Source: an uncultured Eubacteriales bacterium
GTDB taxonomy: Bacteria > Acidobacteriota > Aminicenantia > Aminicenantales > Aminicenantaceae
Assembly (NCBI GenBank): GCA_964645765.1
Contig: CAZYBE010000001.1
Coordinates: 7,456-71,455, forward strand
Length of the DNA stretch: 64,000 nt
Direction of reading: 5' to 3'
A program made the position numbers and the translations under genes. Under the pieces are notes generated by a model, which made no database searches, had not been told where the DNA came from, and worked only from the letters and a program-made list of their open reading frames with translations. This document shows, piece after piece, positions 20,364 to 30,453 of the stretch. Each line of letters begins with the position of its first letter. The stretch's first letter is position 1.

Positions 20364-21845
20364 CTAAGAAAGTGGCCTGTCCTTTTTTCCCCATTTCTCA
20401 ATAGCTAAACCAGCGATAAATCCCACGAGGCCTAATCCCAGACCGTAGGGAACAGAGAAAGGCCAGGGAATCCAGTTCAGCGGAAGGAGCTTCATCTCAG
20501 ACAAAAACCCGAGTGAAGAAAAGCCTCCTCCAAAAACAAGGCTCAGAAGGCCGGCAAGGGGAAATTTTCTCTTAATAAAAATCATAGCCATGCCTGGAAT
20601 AAAAAGACCTTCTGCCATAATTTCCGAGGCAAGGCCGAGGGTTTTCAAGATACTCTGAAACCTGGCCGCAACGAGAAAAGCGAGCCCGCCGACAAGCAAA
20701 GTCGAGAGGCGACTGGCAAAAATAATCCCTTTTTCCCTGCTTAAAGGAAAGAGTTGCTGCCAGACATCTCGAGTCAGAGAAAGCGCCCCGGTGTTGATGG
20801 CTGCAGCCATGGTTGACATAATTGCTGCTACCACACCCACAAAAAGAACTCCTCTTAAAAAGAATCCGCTGCTCGAGGAGATGATCTCAGAGTAGAGAGG
20901 GTTGGCAAGTTTTCGAGAAGCAAAGAGGGGCAGAGAGAGCATGCCGGTCAAAACCACAGTCCCGTAGAGGAGGAAAAAAGTCACCGATGCAGAAAAGAGG
21001 GCTCCCCGGGCATCCTGGACGGTGCGAGCGGCTTTAATTCTCTGCCAGGCAATCGGCGAGATGGTCCAGGCCAGAGTGAAAGAAAGAACAATCAGGATGT
21101 TCTTTTTGAAGTCAAAGAAAAAATTGAAATACTGGCTTTTGCCTAGTCTTGAAGCGAGGAGAGAAACATCTTTTAGTGATGAAAGGCCGAAAAGAAAAAA
21201 GAGAAGGCTGAAAAGGCCGGCGACAATGAGAAAAAACTTGATACCGTCGGCAATGGCGACAGAACGAAGGCCTCCGAAGATAGAATAGATGAGCACCACA
21301 GCTGTTCCTAAAGCCAAGCTCTTGAGGTAAGACGTGCCCAAGAAGGACTTCAAGAAATGGCCGATGGCGACCATCTGGGATGCGGCCAGGACCGCCATGT
21401 ACCAGATGACCAGCAGCGAAGCAAGATGACGAACAGCCCGGCCATAGCGCATCTCGACCAGGTCGGGCAGGGAGACTAAGGGCAGCTGCCGGATCGGCCG
21501 GACTAAAAAAAGGCCGAGAAAAAGGACTGTCAGCATGGCGGGCACTCCCATAATCCAGAATGAGCTCAAACCTGCTTCATAGGCCTGGTCAGAAGAGACC
21601 AGAGTCGATGTTGCCCCGAACCAGGAAGCACAAAGCGTCAAATAGACTAAAAAGCCAGAAAGATTTCTGGAGGCGAGAAAAAAATCGACAATATCCTTCA
21701 TCCTCTTTGAGAAAATGAAGCTCATGAGGAGGAGAAAGGCGATGTAGGCAAGAAAAATAAAGAAAAACTCAACCTTCACAGCGCCACTTATAGCAAAAAC
21801 CCCTCTTGCTTGGCAAATTATTTCAATTTTTGGAGACCATTTCAT
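20364..21845 (-). CDS. Sodium:solute symporter (SSF) family transporter
   Basis: 493 aa and about 13 TM segments. N-terminal 'DFFLASRNLSGF' is typical of SSF proteins. Confidence 0.75.
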   Translation of the reverse strand: MKWSPKIEIICQARGVFAISGAVKVEFFFIFLAYIAFLLLMSFIFSKRMKDIVDFFLASRNLSGFLVYLTLCASWFGATSTLVSSDQAYEAGLSSFWIMGVPAMLTVLFLGLFLVRPIRQLPLVSLPDLVEMRYGRAVRHLASLLVIWYMAVLAASQMVAIGHFLKSFLGTSYLKSLALGTAVVLIYSIFGGLRSVAIADGIKFFLIVAGLFSLLFFLFGLSSLKDVSLLASRLGKSQYFNFFFDFKKNILIVLSFTLAWTISPIAWQRIKAARTVQDARGALFSASVTFFLLYGTVVLTGMLSLPLFASRKLANPLYSEIISSSSGFFLRGVLFVGVVAAIMSTMAAAINTGALSLTRDVWQQLFPLSREKGIIFASRLSTLLVGGLAFLVAARFQSILKTLGLASEIMAEGLFIPGMAMIFIKRKFPLAGLLSLVFGGGFSSLGFLSEMKLLPLNWIPWPFSVPYGLGLGLVGFIAGLAIEKWGKKDRPLS

Positions 21846-21847
21846 TA

Positions 21848-22132
21848 TCCGTGATATTAAAACGACTGCGAGGGTGAGGGTTTGGAGGTGAGGAGTCCCC
21901 TATGATGCTCAGGCCAGCGGGCTCAAAAACACGCAACTTTTGCCCCAGCGAGGCAAAAGTTGCTCGGTTTCAGGCTTCGCTCTCCTCTCCTTCGGAGAGG
22001 AACCATGCCCGCTCAGCCTTCAAACGATTTTTTCACCCGTTGGCCTTCGCAGGTACTATTTTCCTCGCTGGGGAAAATCAGCGTGCTCCGAACCTCCAAA
22101 CCCTCACCCATATCACGGAATTAGGGATGCTT
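21848..22132. repeat. Family-1 repeat, B-subtype copy (about 285 bp) in a divergent promoter region
   Basis: Inverted termini tccgtgatat...gagggtgagggtttggaggt / acctccaaaccctcaccc...atatcacgga. Contains the same conserved hairpin (cgcaacttttgccccagcgaggcaaaagttgc) and core, with a perfect ctcctctcc-TTCG-gagagga hairpin. Confidence 0.85.
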
Positions 22133-22178
22133 CCTGGCCTTCGCCATCACAATCTTAATATGCTATAATTCAGCTGCG

Positions 22179-22829
22179 ATGAAGAGCCTAATTTGCGTGC
22201 TGCTCCTTTCTCTGCTCGGCTTTTCTCAGACTGTGGAAGAGGTGGCACTTAAAGCAGAAGGAAAGCTCCGTTCTGTCCAATCTATCCAAGCTAATTTCGA
22301 ACAAACGCTTTACCCCTCCTCTCTCTCCACGCCTTTAAAAGAAAGAGGAAAGTTCTACTTTAAAAAGCCGGATTTTATGAGATGGGAGTATAAAGATCCG
22401 GAGGAAAAAATTTTTATCTATAAAGAAGACGCATTCCTCATCTACTATCCCGAAGACAAAGAGCTTATCAAGAGTGCGACGTCAAAAGAGATTTATGAGT
22501 CAGAAGTCCTCTCTCTCCTTTCAGGCAAGAAAAGCTTCTTGAATAATTACCTTGTCGAGTTCAGCCCTTTCCCTTCTGAGAATCAAAACACCTGGAAATT
22601 GAAATTGACTCCGAAGGAGGAGGACGAATACTCATCCATCCTCCTCGAAATCGACGAAAAAAGCTGGCTCATCCGAAAAGCCATTTTTTTTGACTGGAGC
22701 GGCAACAAATCTGAATTTCATTTCTCCCAAATAAAGACTAACCTCCCATTCCCTCAAAAGCTGTTTGAACTCGAATTGCCTGCGGACGTTGAGATTTTCA
22801 CAGATGGACCGGTCAAGAAGAGCAAATAA
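22179..22829 (+). CDS. LolA-like outer-membrane lipoprotein carrier protein
   Basis: Signal peptide; 'GKFYFKKPDFMRWEYKDPEEKIFIY' matches the LolA fold signature. Confidence 0.7.
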   Translation: MKSLICVLLLSLLGFSQTVEEVALKAEGKLRSVQSIQANFEQTLYPSSLSTPLKERGKFYFKKPDFMRWEYKDPEEKIFIYKEDAFLIYYPEDKELIKSATSKEIYESEVLSLLSGKKSFLNNYLVEFSPFPSENQNTWKLKLTPKEEDEYSSILLEIDEKSWLIRKAIFFDWSGNKSEFHFSQIKTNLPFPQKLFELELPADVEIFTDGPVKKSK

Positions 22830-22893
22830 AGCCAAAAAAAATCCCCTGGCAAAACCTTTCCCTTCTTTTTCCGTATCAACTCTTGAGGACAGG

Positions 22894-23466
22894 ATGTCCT
22901 CCATGGATGAAGATAAGAAACTCGTTGAAAGAACGATCAAAGGCGAGAAGGAGGCCTTTGAATTGATCATCCGCAAGTATCAACGGCCCTTGTTCAACTC
23001 CATCGGACGAATGGTTGGAGAAAGGGAGCTCGCCCTTGAATTCACCCAAGACGTGTTCTTAAAAACATACTCCTCGCTTCATACTTATCAGCCTCAGTAC
23101 AAATTCAGCACCTGGCTTTTCAAAATTGCCTCAAATTATGTTATCGATTTCTGGCGAAAGAAAAAAATCAACACTCTCTCCCTCGATGAACGGCAAGGCT
23201 CAAATGGCCACAACTGCGCTCTTGCGGTCGCAGCCGATGAAAAATCTATTATCCAGAAGTTCGAGATATCCCAGTTAAGGACAAAGATTGAAGATGTTTT
23301 AAAAGAGGTGCCTCCTCCGCTGAGAGAAGTCTTCATCTGGAGGCACATCAACGAGCTCAGCTATGAGGAGATTGCGGAAATCAAAGGCTTGCCTGTCGGC
23401 ACGGTCAAGACCAGAGTCTTTCAAGCCAAAGAATTAATCCGAAAGCTTCTGGAGGGAAAAAAATGA
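22894..23466 (+). CDS. ECF-subfamily RNA polymerase sigma-70 factor
   Basis: Region 2 'FLKTYSSLHTY...FSTWLFKIASNYVIDFWR' and region 4 'LSYEEIAEIKGLPVGTVKTRVFQA'. Confidence 0.9.
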   Translation: MSSMDEDKKLVERTIKGEKEAFELIIRKYQRPLFNSIGRMVGERELALEFTQDVFLKTYSSLHTYQPQYKFSTWLFKIASNYVIDFWRKKKINTLSLDERQGSNGHNCALAVAADEKSIIQKFEISQLRTKIEDVLKEVPPPLREVFIWRHINELSYEEIAEIKGLPVGTVKTRVFQAKELIRKLLEGKK

Positions 23467-24041
23467 AGTGCCTCAGCATTGAGCAGATTTATTTCTACAT
23501 CGAGAAGGAGCTTTCGCCGGCTCGAAACAGGGAAATCAAGGAGCATCTCGCTACCTGTCAAAAATGCAGGAATGCCTTTGAGGAGAGGAAGCTTCTGGTC
23601 AAGGCAGCGAATAGCCTGCCTCTCTGGGAAACGCCTCCGGAGTTCACCCGGAAAGTCATGGCCAGAATTGGCCCGGTCAAAACCCTTCCCTCTGCCTGGA
23701 TAAAAGCCGCAGCCGCAGCTCTGGCTTCAATCTCAGTGACGCTTCTCGTCATGTATCTTGCCACCGGTCAGAATCTTTCAACTCTCCTCCTCGGGTTGAA
23801 TCATGGCCTATGGAATTATGTCAGGAGTTTTCTGCCGGCCCTGCTCAAACTCTTCAAGGTCACTTCGCTCATTTTCGGAGTCATTCAGCAATTTACAGGA
23901 TATTTGCTCAAGGCATTTTCCTGGTTGAAAGCATTAACCAGTTTTCAAATCCAGTTGACCATTTCCATAATCGCCGTTATTTCGATTGCCATCCTTATCT
24001 ATGGCATAAAAAGAATAATACTCATTGGAGAAAAAACATGA
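23463..24041 (+). CDS. Anti-sigma factor (zf-HC2 zinc-finger type), membrane-anchored
   Basis: N-terminal 'HLATCQKCRNAFEE' HxxxCxxC motif, a TM segment, and an ATGA overlap with the sigma gene. Confidence 0.75.
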   Translation: MKCLSIEQIYFYIEKELSPARNREIKEHLATCQKCRNAFEERKLLVKAANSLPLWETPPEFTRKVMARIGPVKTLPSAWIKAAAAALASISVTLLVMYLATGQNLSTLLLGLNHGLWNYVRSFLPALLKLFKVTSLIFGVIQQFTGYLLKAFSWLKALTSFQIQLTISIIAVISIAILIYGIKRIILIGEKT

Positions 24042-24937
24042 AAAATAAAATCATATTGGCCCTCTTCCTTTTCTTCCTGGTTTTAAGCCCTCTCTCTCTC
24101 CAATGCCAGCAGAGTTTTACCCTGAAAAAAGATATTTATGTCGCTAAAGATGAAGTCCAGAATAACGTCGTCACTTTTGGGGGAGAGGTCCTTGTCGAAG
24201 GAAGAGTCAAAGAAAGCGTTATTGCTTTCGGCGGCAAAATAACCATTGCCGGCGAAGTCGGACACTTAGTTTTAGGATTTGGCACAAACATCCTTCTCAA
24301 GCCTACGGCAGTCGTCAAAGGAGATGTCGCCTCTTTGGGAGGCAGCCTCGAGAAAGAGTCAGGCTGCCGTGTCGATGGAGACACGATTTATTTCAAGACG
24401 TCGGAAGACACGAAGGAGCTGCTCAAGGAAGGTTTAAAAGGCATCTTGTCCATCTCCCTCTTTCCCATCTTCTTGATTTTTAAATTGCTCTCACTCTCCA
24501 TCTGGTTGCTCCTCGGAGTGCTCATGGCCGTGCTCTTCCCCCGCCAGATTTCTTCTGCCTCCAACCAGATCAGAAAATCTTTCTTGTCCGTCTTTGCCAT
24601 CGGCTTTGTCGCCATCATCATTTTCACCGGCCTGGCGGTCTTCTCCGCTCTTCTCTGCCTGATCTTGATCGGAATCCCCATGCTCCTGGCACTTATCTTC
24701 CTTGTCATCGTCATCCAAATCTTCGCCCGGGTTACCGTTTTCTACTTCTTCGGCGAAAGCCTTATGGCCGCCTTCGGAAAAAGCAAGCCCTCAGCCATCG
24801 CCGCTATACTCCTTGGCCTGGTTCTGGTCAGCCTCATCACCTTCATCCCAATCCTCGGTCTTCTCATCTCTTTCTTCCTGAGCATTATCGGCTGGGGAGC
24901 GACCTTAAAGACAAAGTTCGGAACAAAAGAGGGCTGA
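24038..24937 (+). CDS. Membrane protein with bactofilin-like beta-helical repeats (third gene of the ECF sigma module)
   Basis: Signal peptide. The repeats 'VVTFGGEVLVEGRVKESVIAFGGKITIAGEVGHLVLGFG' resemble bactofilin/polymer-forming cytoskeletal repeats. C-terminal TM helices. The start overlaps the anti-sigma stop codon (ATGA). Confidence 0.5.
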   Translation: MKNKIILALFLFFLVLSPLSLQCQQSFTLKKDIYVAKDEVQNNVVTFGGEVLVEGRVKESVIAFGGKITIAGEVGHLVLGFGTNILLKPTAVVKGDVASLGGSLEKESGCRVDGDTIYFKTSEDTKELLKEGLKGILSISLFPIFLIFKLLSLSIWLLLGVLMAVLFPRQISSASNQIRKSFLSVFAIGFVAIIIFTGLAVFSALLCLILIGIPMLLALIFLVIVIQIFARVTVFYFFGESLMAAFGKSKPSAIAAILLGLVLVSLITFIPILGLLISFFLSIIGWGATLKTKFGTKEG

Positions 24938-24951
24938 TTCAGCGGCGAAAG

Positions 24952-26730
24952 CTATCGGCTTCCGTTGAGACGCGCGGCCAATCGGTCATATTCCTGCCAA
25001 ATCTCGTAAGGGATGTGTCTTCGGAACTGTGATAAAAATTCCTTAATCTCCCGCAGCTCCGGCTGCCACTCGCTGGGGTTAATCTCAAAAAGCTTTTCCA
25101 GCCTGTCTGCAGGGATGCTCAATCCTTCAAGCGTTAAATCTTTGATATTTGGAACGAGGCCCAGAGGAGTCTCCCTTGCGCCAACGCGATTATTGACTCT
25201 ATCGACAATCCATTTCAACACCCTTGCATTATCACCGAAGCCGGGCCAGATGAATTTCCCTTTCTCGTCCACCATGAACCAGTTCACTGCATATATCCTT
25301 GGGGGACGGCTCAACAATCGCCCGATATTAATCCAGTGCCGGAAATAATCGCCCATATTGTAGCCGCAGAAGGGAAGCATGGCCATCGGGTCTCTTCTCA
25401 GGACGCCGACCTCGCCAGCCGCGGCCGCTGTTGTTTCCGAGCCAGTCCTTGCTCCCATGAAAACTCCATGAGGCCAATTGAAAGCCTCTGCCACGAGAGG
25501 AATGAGGCGAGAACGCCTGCCGCCCAGGATAATGGCCGAGATGGGGACACCTTTGAAGTTGTCGAATTCTTTGGAGAGAGTGGGGCAATTATAAAGGGAA
25601 ACCGTAAACCGGGAGTTGGGGTGGGCTGCTTTTGTCTTTTTCGAAGGGTCCCACGGCTTTCCCTGCCAGTCCACCAAGTTTCTGGAAAGTGGGTCATCAA
25701 ACCCCTCCCACCAAGGCTCGTTGGTCTTCAGGTCGAGGGCAGTGTTGGTGAAAATCGTCGGGTAAAAATTCGAAGCTTTTAACGTCCTGATCATGTTGGG
25801 GTTTGTTTTCATCGATGTCCCGGGTGCAACACCGAAAAACCCGGATTCGGGGTTGATCGCATAGAGCCTGCCGTCAGGGCCGATATTCAGCCAGGCGATA
25901 TCGTCCCCAATGGTCCAGACTCTGTATTCAGGAAGAGCAGACTCGAGCATGGCCAGGTTCGTTTTCCCGCAGGCAGAAGGCATGGCAGCAGTCATATAGG
26001 TGATGTTTCCGTGAAGGTCTTCAACGCCGATGATGACCATATGCTCGGCCAGCCAGCCGTATCGATATCCAAGCCAGGAGGCAATCCTCAGCGAGAAGCA
26101 TTTCTTTCCCAGAAGGGCATTTCCACCATAGCCCGAGCCGATACTCCAGACCAAGTTGTCGTCCGGAAAATGCATGATGAAGCGTTTGTTAGGGTCGAAA
26201 TCTCCGACAGAATGAAAACCCCTGACGAAATTATCATGTTTACCGATCTTTTCCACGATGCATTTTCCCATGCGGGTCATGATTCGCATGCTGAGCGCGA
26301 CGTAAGAGACGTCTGTAAGCTGCACACAGGCTTTCGAATAAGGGGAATCCGGATGGCCCATCATGTAGGGCAAGACATACATTGTTTTTCCCTGCATGCA
26401 TCCTTTGGAGAGCTTCGTCAGCAGGTCTTTCGCTTTTTTCGGATTCATCCAGTTGTTGTTAGGGCCTGTGGTCTCTTTTTCAGGATGACAAACGTAAGTT
26501 AAATGCTCGGTGCGAGCCACATCTGTCGGATGGCTGCGATGAAGATAGGATTTGGGCCAGGCCTGCTGGTTCAGCTCATAAAAGATATCATGCCGGCCAA
26601 TTTTCTCCTCCTTCATTCCCATCTCAATAAGCCGGCGTGCTTCTCCTTCTGAGCCATCACACCAATAAATGTTTCTCGGTTTGGTGAGGCGCGCCTGCTC
26701 CTCAACCCATTCTTCAAGTGGAGTCGTCAT
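24952..26730 (-). CDS. pckG: Phosphoenolpyruvate carboxykinase (GTP)
   Basis: 592 aa, with GTP-PEPCK motifs, P-loop 'GSGYGGNALLGKKC' and 'YMTAAMPSACGKTNLAM'. Confidence 0.95.
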   Translation of the reverse strand: MTTPLEEWVEEQARLTKPRNIYWCDGSEGEARRLIEMGMKEEKIGRHDIFYELNQQAWPKSYLHRSHPTDVARTEHLTYVCHPEKETTGPNNNWMNPKKAKDLLTKLSKGCMQGKTMYVLPYMMGHPDSPYSKACVQLTDVSYVALSMRIMTRMGKCIVEKIGKHDNFVRGFHSVGDFDPNKRFIMHFPDDNLVWSIGSGYGGNALLGKKCFSLRIASWLGYRYGWLAEHMVIIGVEDLHGNITYMTAAMPSACGKTNLAMLESALPEYRVWTIGDDIAWLNIGPDGRLYAINPESGFFGVAPGTSMKTNPNMIRTLKASNFYPTIFTNTALDLKTNEPWWEGFDDPLSRNLVDWQGKPWDPSKKTKAAHPNSRFTVSLYNCPTLSKEFDNFKGVPISAIILGGRRSRLIPLVAEAFNWPHGVFMGARTGSETTAAAAGEVGVLRRDPMAMLPFCGYNMGDYFRHWINIGRLLSRPPRIYAVNWFMVDEKGKFIWPGFGDNARVLKWIVDRVNNRVGARETPLGLVPNIKDLTLEGLSIPADRLEKLFEINPSEWQPELREIKEFLSQFRRHIPYEIWQEYDRLAARLNGSR

Positions 26731-26839
26731 ACTCTATCTCATCTCCTTGAGAAAGACGAATAGCATAGCACAAAAATTTTGTCAAAAGCCCAGTCATCAA
26801 TTTTATTAAGGAAGCATGCGGAAATCCATAATAAGAGCC

Positions 26840-26961
26840 GGGTCAGGCTGGATGCTTGAGAAAACCGTTTGAAGGCTGCGGCTTAATGGCTCGAAAACAC
26901 GCCATTCAGCCTCCGCAAGTGGGCAAAGCCTGCGTGTTTTCGAAAGCATCCAGCCTGACCC
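26840..26961. repeat. Family-1 repeat, internally deleted copy C (122 bp)
   Basis: TIRs gggtcaggctggatgctt / aagcatccagcctgaccc. Subterminal segments match copy A (gagaaaaccgtttgaa ... gcaaagcctgcgtgttttc) but the central core is absent. Confidence 0.8.
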
Positions 26962-27006
26962 ATAACCAGGTTTTCTATCACGGAAAAAAGATGCTATCAT
27001 TTCTTG

Positions 27007-27035
27007 TTGACATCTAGGACAATCTGTCCTATTTT
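27007..27035 (+). promoter_or_regulatory. Sigma-70-like promoter TTGACA-17-TATTTT with embedded palindrome TAGGACAatcTGTCCTA upstream of the SPFH gene
   Basis: Consensus -35 hexamer, a 17-nt spacer and an AT-rich -10. A 7-bp-arm perfect inverted repeat spans the spacer and -10. Confidence 0.5.
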
Positions 27036-27099
27036 TTAACAAATCAATCTCTTAGGTGAAAAAGGCATTTACTATAAAATCCCTTTTTAAGGAGGTCAC

Positions 27100-28050
27100 A
27101 TGATTGGATATCTTTTTGCCTTTATTTTGGGAGCTTTGGCCGTGATTTTCCTCATCTCAAAGAGAGGGCGTGCGGGTGGCGGTGCTTTTGGCAACTTTAT
27201 TAGAGGGGGCGCCAGGTTGATCCTCACCGCCATAATTGTTTTGATCCTCATCGCTGTATTGGCTCAGTCTTTGACCATTATCCAAGCAGGCACAGTGGGA
27301 GTCGTCAAACGGCTGGGCGCAGTCCATCGTGAGTTGTCACCTGGATTACACTTCATCTTTCCTTTACTCGACAAAGTCGTTGTTTATCCGACAATTAAAA
27401 AAACCTACGAGGCCTCTGACATTCCGGCATCGAGCAAGGCAGACTTCCCCGACATTATCATTACCGCGCTCAGCTCTGATGGCCAGCAAATCAAGGTGGG
27501 CATCACAGCCCGGTTCATGATTCAACCGGGCAAAGCCGCCTGGATTCTGCAGAATCTGGGAACAGAAGAGGAATATGTGGAAAAAGTGGTTAAGACTGAG
27601 ATTCGTGGCTCCGGACGGCGGGTGCCGACTAAATTTTCCGCTTACGACCTCTACACCAAGCTCAGCTATGAAGCCCAACAAGTTCTTTTTGACGAGATTG
27701 CCCCTAAATTTGATAAGAACGGCCTCATCCTTGACGAATTGGTTCTGAGGAATATCACCTTCACGGCTGAGTATGCCAAAACACTGGAGGAGAAACAGAT
27801 CGCCCTGGAGAATATCACCACTGAAAAAAACAAGCTGGAGCAGGAAAAGATTCGAAAGGAGCAAAAGATTGTGTCTGCTGAAGGGGATGCGAAGAGTATT
27901 GAAATCCGGCAGGCTGCTTTGAGCAAAAATCCAACCATTATCCAGTGGGAATTCGTGCAGAGGCTGGCTCCGAATATCCAGTGGGGCATTCTGCCGCAAA
28001 ACATAGTGCCCTTTGTGAATCTTCAGGCGTTGACCGGCGCACAGAAATAA
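27100..28050 (+). CDS. SPFH/band-7 domain protein (prohibitin/HflKC-like)
   Basis: N-terminal TM, SPFH core and a coiled-coil C-terminal region. Confidence 0.8.
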   Translation: MIGYLFAFILGALAVIFLISKRGRAGGGAFGNFIRGGARLILTAIIVLILIAVLAQSLTIIQAGTVGVVKRLGAVHRELSPGLHFIFPLLDKVVVYPTIKKTYEASDIPASSKADFPDIIITALSSDGQQIKVGITARFMIQPGKAAWILQNLGTEEEYVEKVVKTEIRGSGRRVPTKFSAYDLYTKLSYEAQQVLFDEIAPKFDKNGLILDELVLRNITFTAEYAKTLEEKQIALENITTEKNKLEQEKIRKEQKIVSAEGDAKSIEIRQAALSKNPTIIQWEFVQRLAPNIQWGILPQNIVPFVNLQALTGAQK

Positions 28051-28121
28051 AAATTAAAAAGACCAAGCAAAGCTTACGTCTAAGTTTTAGCTTAATCACA
28101 TTTGCCGTCTCCTGACCCTGT

Positions 28122-28802
28122 TTGAAGTTCTTTGCCTTTCCCTCTCTTCTATATTATTTTTGGTTGAAAAATATGTGGATTATTGCTATTTCGATTTCAG
28201 CTCTTTGCTCTGCGACTCTTGTCATCTGGTCTGATTACAAGAAGCAGAAGCTTCTTGTCTACCTGTTCAAACCTCTGACCATGGTTTTCATCATTGTCCT
28301 TCCGCTCCTGGGAAAAGCAGCCTCGACAAATTATAAATGCTTGATTCTGAGTGGACTCGGATGCTCGCTTCTGGGAGATATCTTTTTAATGCTTCCGAAA
28401 AGACGCTTCATACAGGGTTTGATCAGCTTCTTGATTGCCCATCTTTTTTACAGCGCAGCTTTCTTATCCGCTATAAGGTTGCGATTTTCAATCTGGCCCA
28501 TTTTCCCTTTGCTTCTTTATGCACTCATCTTTTTTATGGCTCTCTCTCGCCACCTGGAGGAAATGAAATTTCCTGTTGTTGCCTATATGCTGGTGATAAT
28601 TGCTATGGCCTGGCTCGCCGCTCAGCGATACCTCCAAATCAAAGAAATGAAGCCGCTTCTGGCTTTTATCGGAGCCATTTTATTCGTCATCTCCGATTCT
28701 TCACTCGCCGTCAACCAATTTGTCCGAAAGCACCAATTCGGGCAGGCGCTGACTCTAAGCACATACTTCGCTGCCCAGTGGCTCGTCGCCTGCTCAGTCT
28801 GA
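28122..28802 (+). CDS. YhhN-family membrane protein (lysoplasmalogenase-like)
   Basis: Multi-TM protein with the YhhN pattern 'LLGDIFLM'. The true start may be the ATG at 28173. Confidence 0.65.
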   Translation: MKFFAFPSLLYYFWLKNMWIIAISISALCSATLVIWSDYKKQKLLVYLFKPLTMVFIIVLPLLGKAASTNYKCLILSGLGCSLLGDIFLMLPKRRFIQGLISFLIAHLFYSAAFLSAIRLRFSIWPIFPLLLYALIFFMALSRHLEEMKFPVVAYMLVIIAMAWLAAQRYLQIKEMKPLLAFIGAILFVISDSSLAVNQFVRKHQFGQALTLSTYFAAQWLVACSV

Positions 28803-28959
28803 GTTCTTTCTCTCAAAAAAAATTCCAGACCAAAAAATTCTTCTTTTCCAGAACTCAGGTTTTTATCTCCTTCTTAATCACAAAGCTGTAGAATGACCTG
28901 AAATAAATTATGAGAAAATAGAGAATTTGATAGACAGAAGAAGTCAGGCAGGGATTCTT

Positions 28960-29517
28960 TTAAAGCTCTAAGATCTCTTTTTCCTTGGCTGCGGCGAGCT
29001 CTTCGATCTTCTTGGAGTATTCGTCGGTTATTTCCTGGAGCTTATCAAAGCCCTTGTATTTATCATCCTCGGTAATCTTCTTATCTTTTTCCAGCTCTTC
29101 AATTTTCTCTTTTATCTCCCTTCTCATCACCCGAAGAGCCATCTTCTCATCCTCGAGCATTTTCCGGATGTGTTTGGCCATCTCCTTTCTTCTCTCCTCA
29201 TCCAAAGGCGGGATCGGGACTTTGAGAATCTTTCCGTCGTTAATCGGGTTAAGACCCAGGTCAGCGCTCTTAATGGCCTTATCGATAGTATCCAGCAAGG
29301 ACGAGTCCCAGGGCTGAACTGTGATCAGAGTTGGGTCAGGGACTCCAAGCGTGGCCACCTGATTGAGGGGCATCAAGCTTCCGTAGTAGTCCACTTTTAT
29401 ATCTTCAAAAATGCTGATATTCGCCCTTCCTGTCCTCAATCGGCTCAAGTCTTTACGAAAATGCTCCGCTGAGACCTTCATCTTTTTCTCAAGCTCTATC
29501 AACAATTCTTTGACCAT
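28960..29517 (-). CDS. frr: Ribosome recycling factor
   Basis: 185 aa. 'VDYYGSLMPLNQVATLGVPDPTLITVQPWD' is the canonical RRF sequence. Confidence 0.95.
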   Translation of the reverse strand: MVKELLIELEKKMKVSAEHFRKDLSRLRTGRANISIFEDIKVDYYGSLMPLNQVATLGVPDPTLITVQPWDSSLLDTIDKAIKSADLGLNPINDGKILKVPIPPLDEERRKEMAKHIRKMLEDEKMALRVMRREIKEKIEELEKDKKITEDDKYKGFDKLQEITDEYSKKIEELAAAKEKEILEL

Positions 29518-29579
29518 CTTTATCCCTATTTATTTCCTGAACACCGTCACGCCGTTAATATAAACATAATATTTCATCT

Positions 29580-29694
29580 ATCATCGCGAGGAGCGGAGCG
29601 ACGTGGCGATCTCATCAAACTAAGAGATTGCCACGCCCTTCGGGCTCGCAATGACAGGCTCATCACCACGCTCCCTCTGGTCGCTCGCCATGAC
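29580..29694. repeat. Family-2 palindromic hairpin element (composite, 115 bp) in the pyrH-frr intergenic region
   Basis: Arms aTCATCGCGAGGagcggagcgaCGTGGCGATCTCAT / GAGATTGCCACGccCTTCGggCTCGCAATGAC, plus a third related arm. Confidence 0.8.
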
Positions 29695-29721
29695 TATGTA
29701 ACAAAATTCATTGCGTCTATA

Positions 29722-30441
29722 TCAATAGACTTTTGTCCCGACTTTCTGGCCCAAAACAGCCCTCTTGATATTTCCTCTCTTCTTGAGACTGAAAACAATA
29801 ATCGGCAAGTTATTATCCTTGCAGAGAGAGATGGCCGTTGTATCCATAACCTTCAGCCCCCTCTTAATGACATCCAGATAGCGGATAGTCTCAAACTTCT
29901 TGGCGGTCTTATCTTTTAAAGGGTCCGCGGTATAAACGCCATCAACCTTTGTCGCTTTCAATATCACCTCAGCCTTGATCTCCAGAGCTCTTAAGGCTGA
30001 GGCTGTGTCTGTGGTGAAATAGGGACTTCCGGTGCCGGCGCTGAAGATGATAGCCCTCCCTTTCTCAAGATGCCTTATCGCCCTTCTCCTAACAAAAGGC
30101 TCGGCAACAGCTTTGATCTCAATCGCAGAGATGTGACGGGTGTTGATACCCTCCTTCTCCAGAGCATCTTGAAGAGCAATTCCATTCATGACCGTGGCCA
30201 GCAAGCCAATATAGTCGGCCGAAGCCCTGTCCATCCCAGTCTCAACTCCAACCACTCCCCGAAAGATATTCCCGCCTCCAATCACGATGGCCACCTGGAC
30301 ACCCAAATCGTGGATTTCTTTTATCTCTTGAGCAATGGACTTCGCTGTTTGGAGGTCGATACCAAAGCTGAGTTTGCCGAGGAGAGATTCTCCTGAGAGT
30401 TTTAACAAAATTCTTTTATATGCCGGCTCAATCTGAGGCAT
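29722..30441 (-). CDS. pyrH: UMP kinase
   Basis: 239 aa with '[12 protein letters not shown]' and '[10 protein letters not shown]' motifs. Confidence 0.95.
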   Translation of the reverse strand: MPQIEPAYKRILLKLSGESLLGKLSFGIDLQTAKSIAQEIKEIHDLGVQVAIVIGGGNIFRGVVGVETGMDRASADYIGLLATVMNGIALQDALEKEGINTRHISAIEIKAVAEPFVRRRAIRHLEKGRAIIFSAGTGSPYFTTDTASALRALEIKAEVILKATKVDGVYTADPLKDKTAKKFETIRYLDVIKRGLKVMDTTAISLCKDNNLPIIVFSLKKRGNIKRAVLGQKVGTKVY

Positions 30442-30453
30442 GGTCAGTATTCT

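Noticed and set aside
28337-28891. 184-aa alternative-frame ORF overlapping the YhhN membrane protein gene
   Set aside because: The same-strand overlapping frame has no hydrophobic-segment logic and no SD. The YhhN frame has clear TM periodicity.
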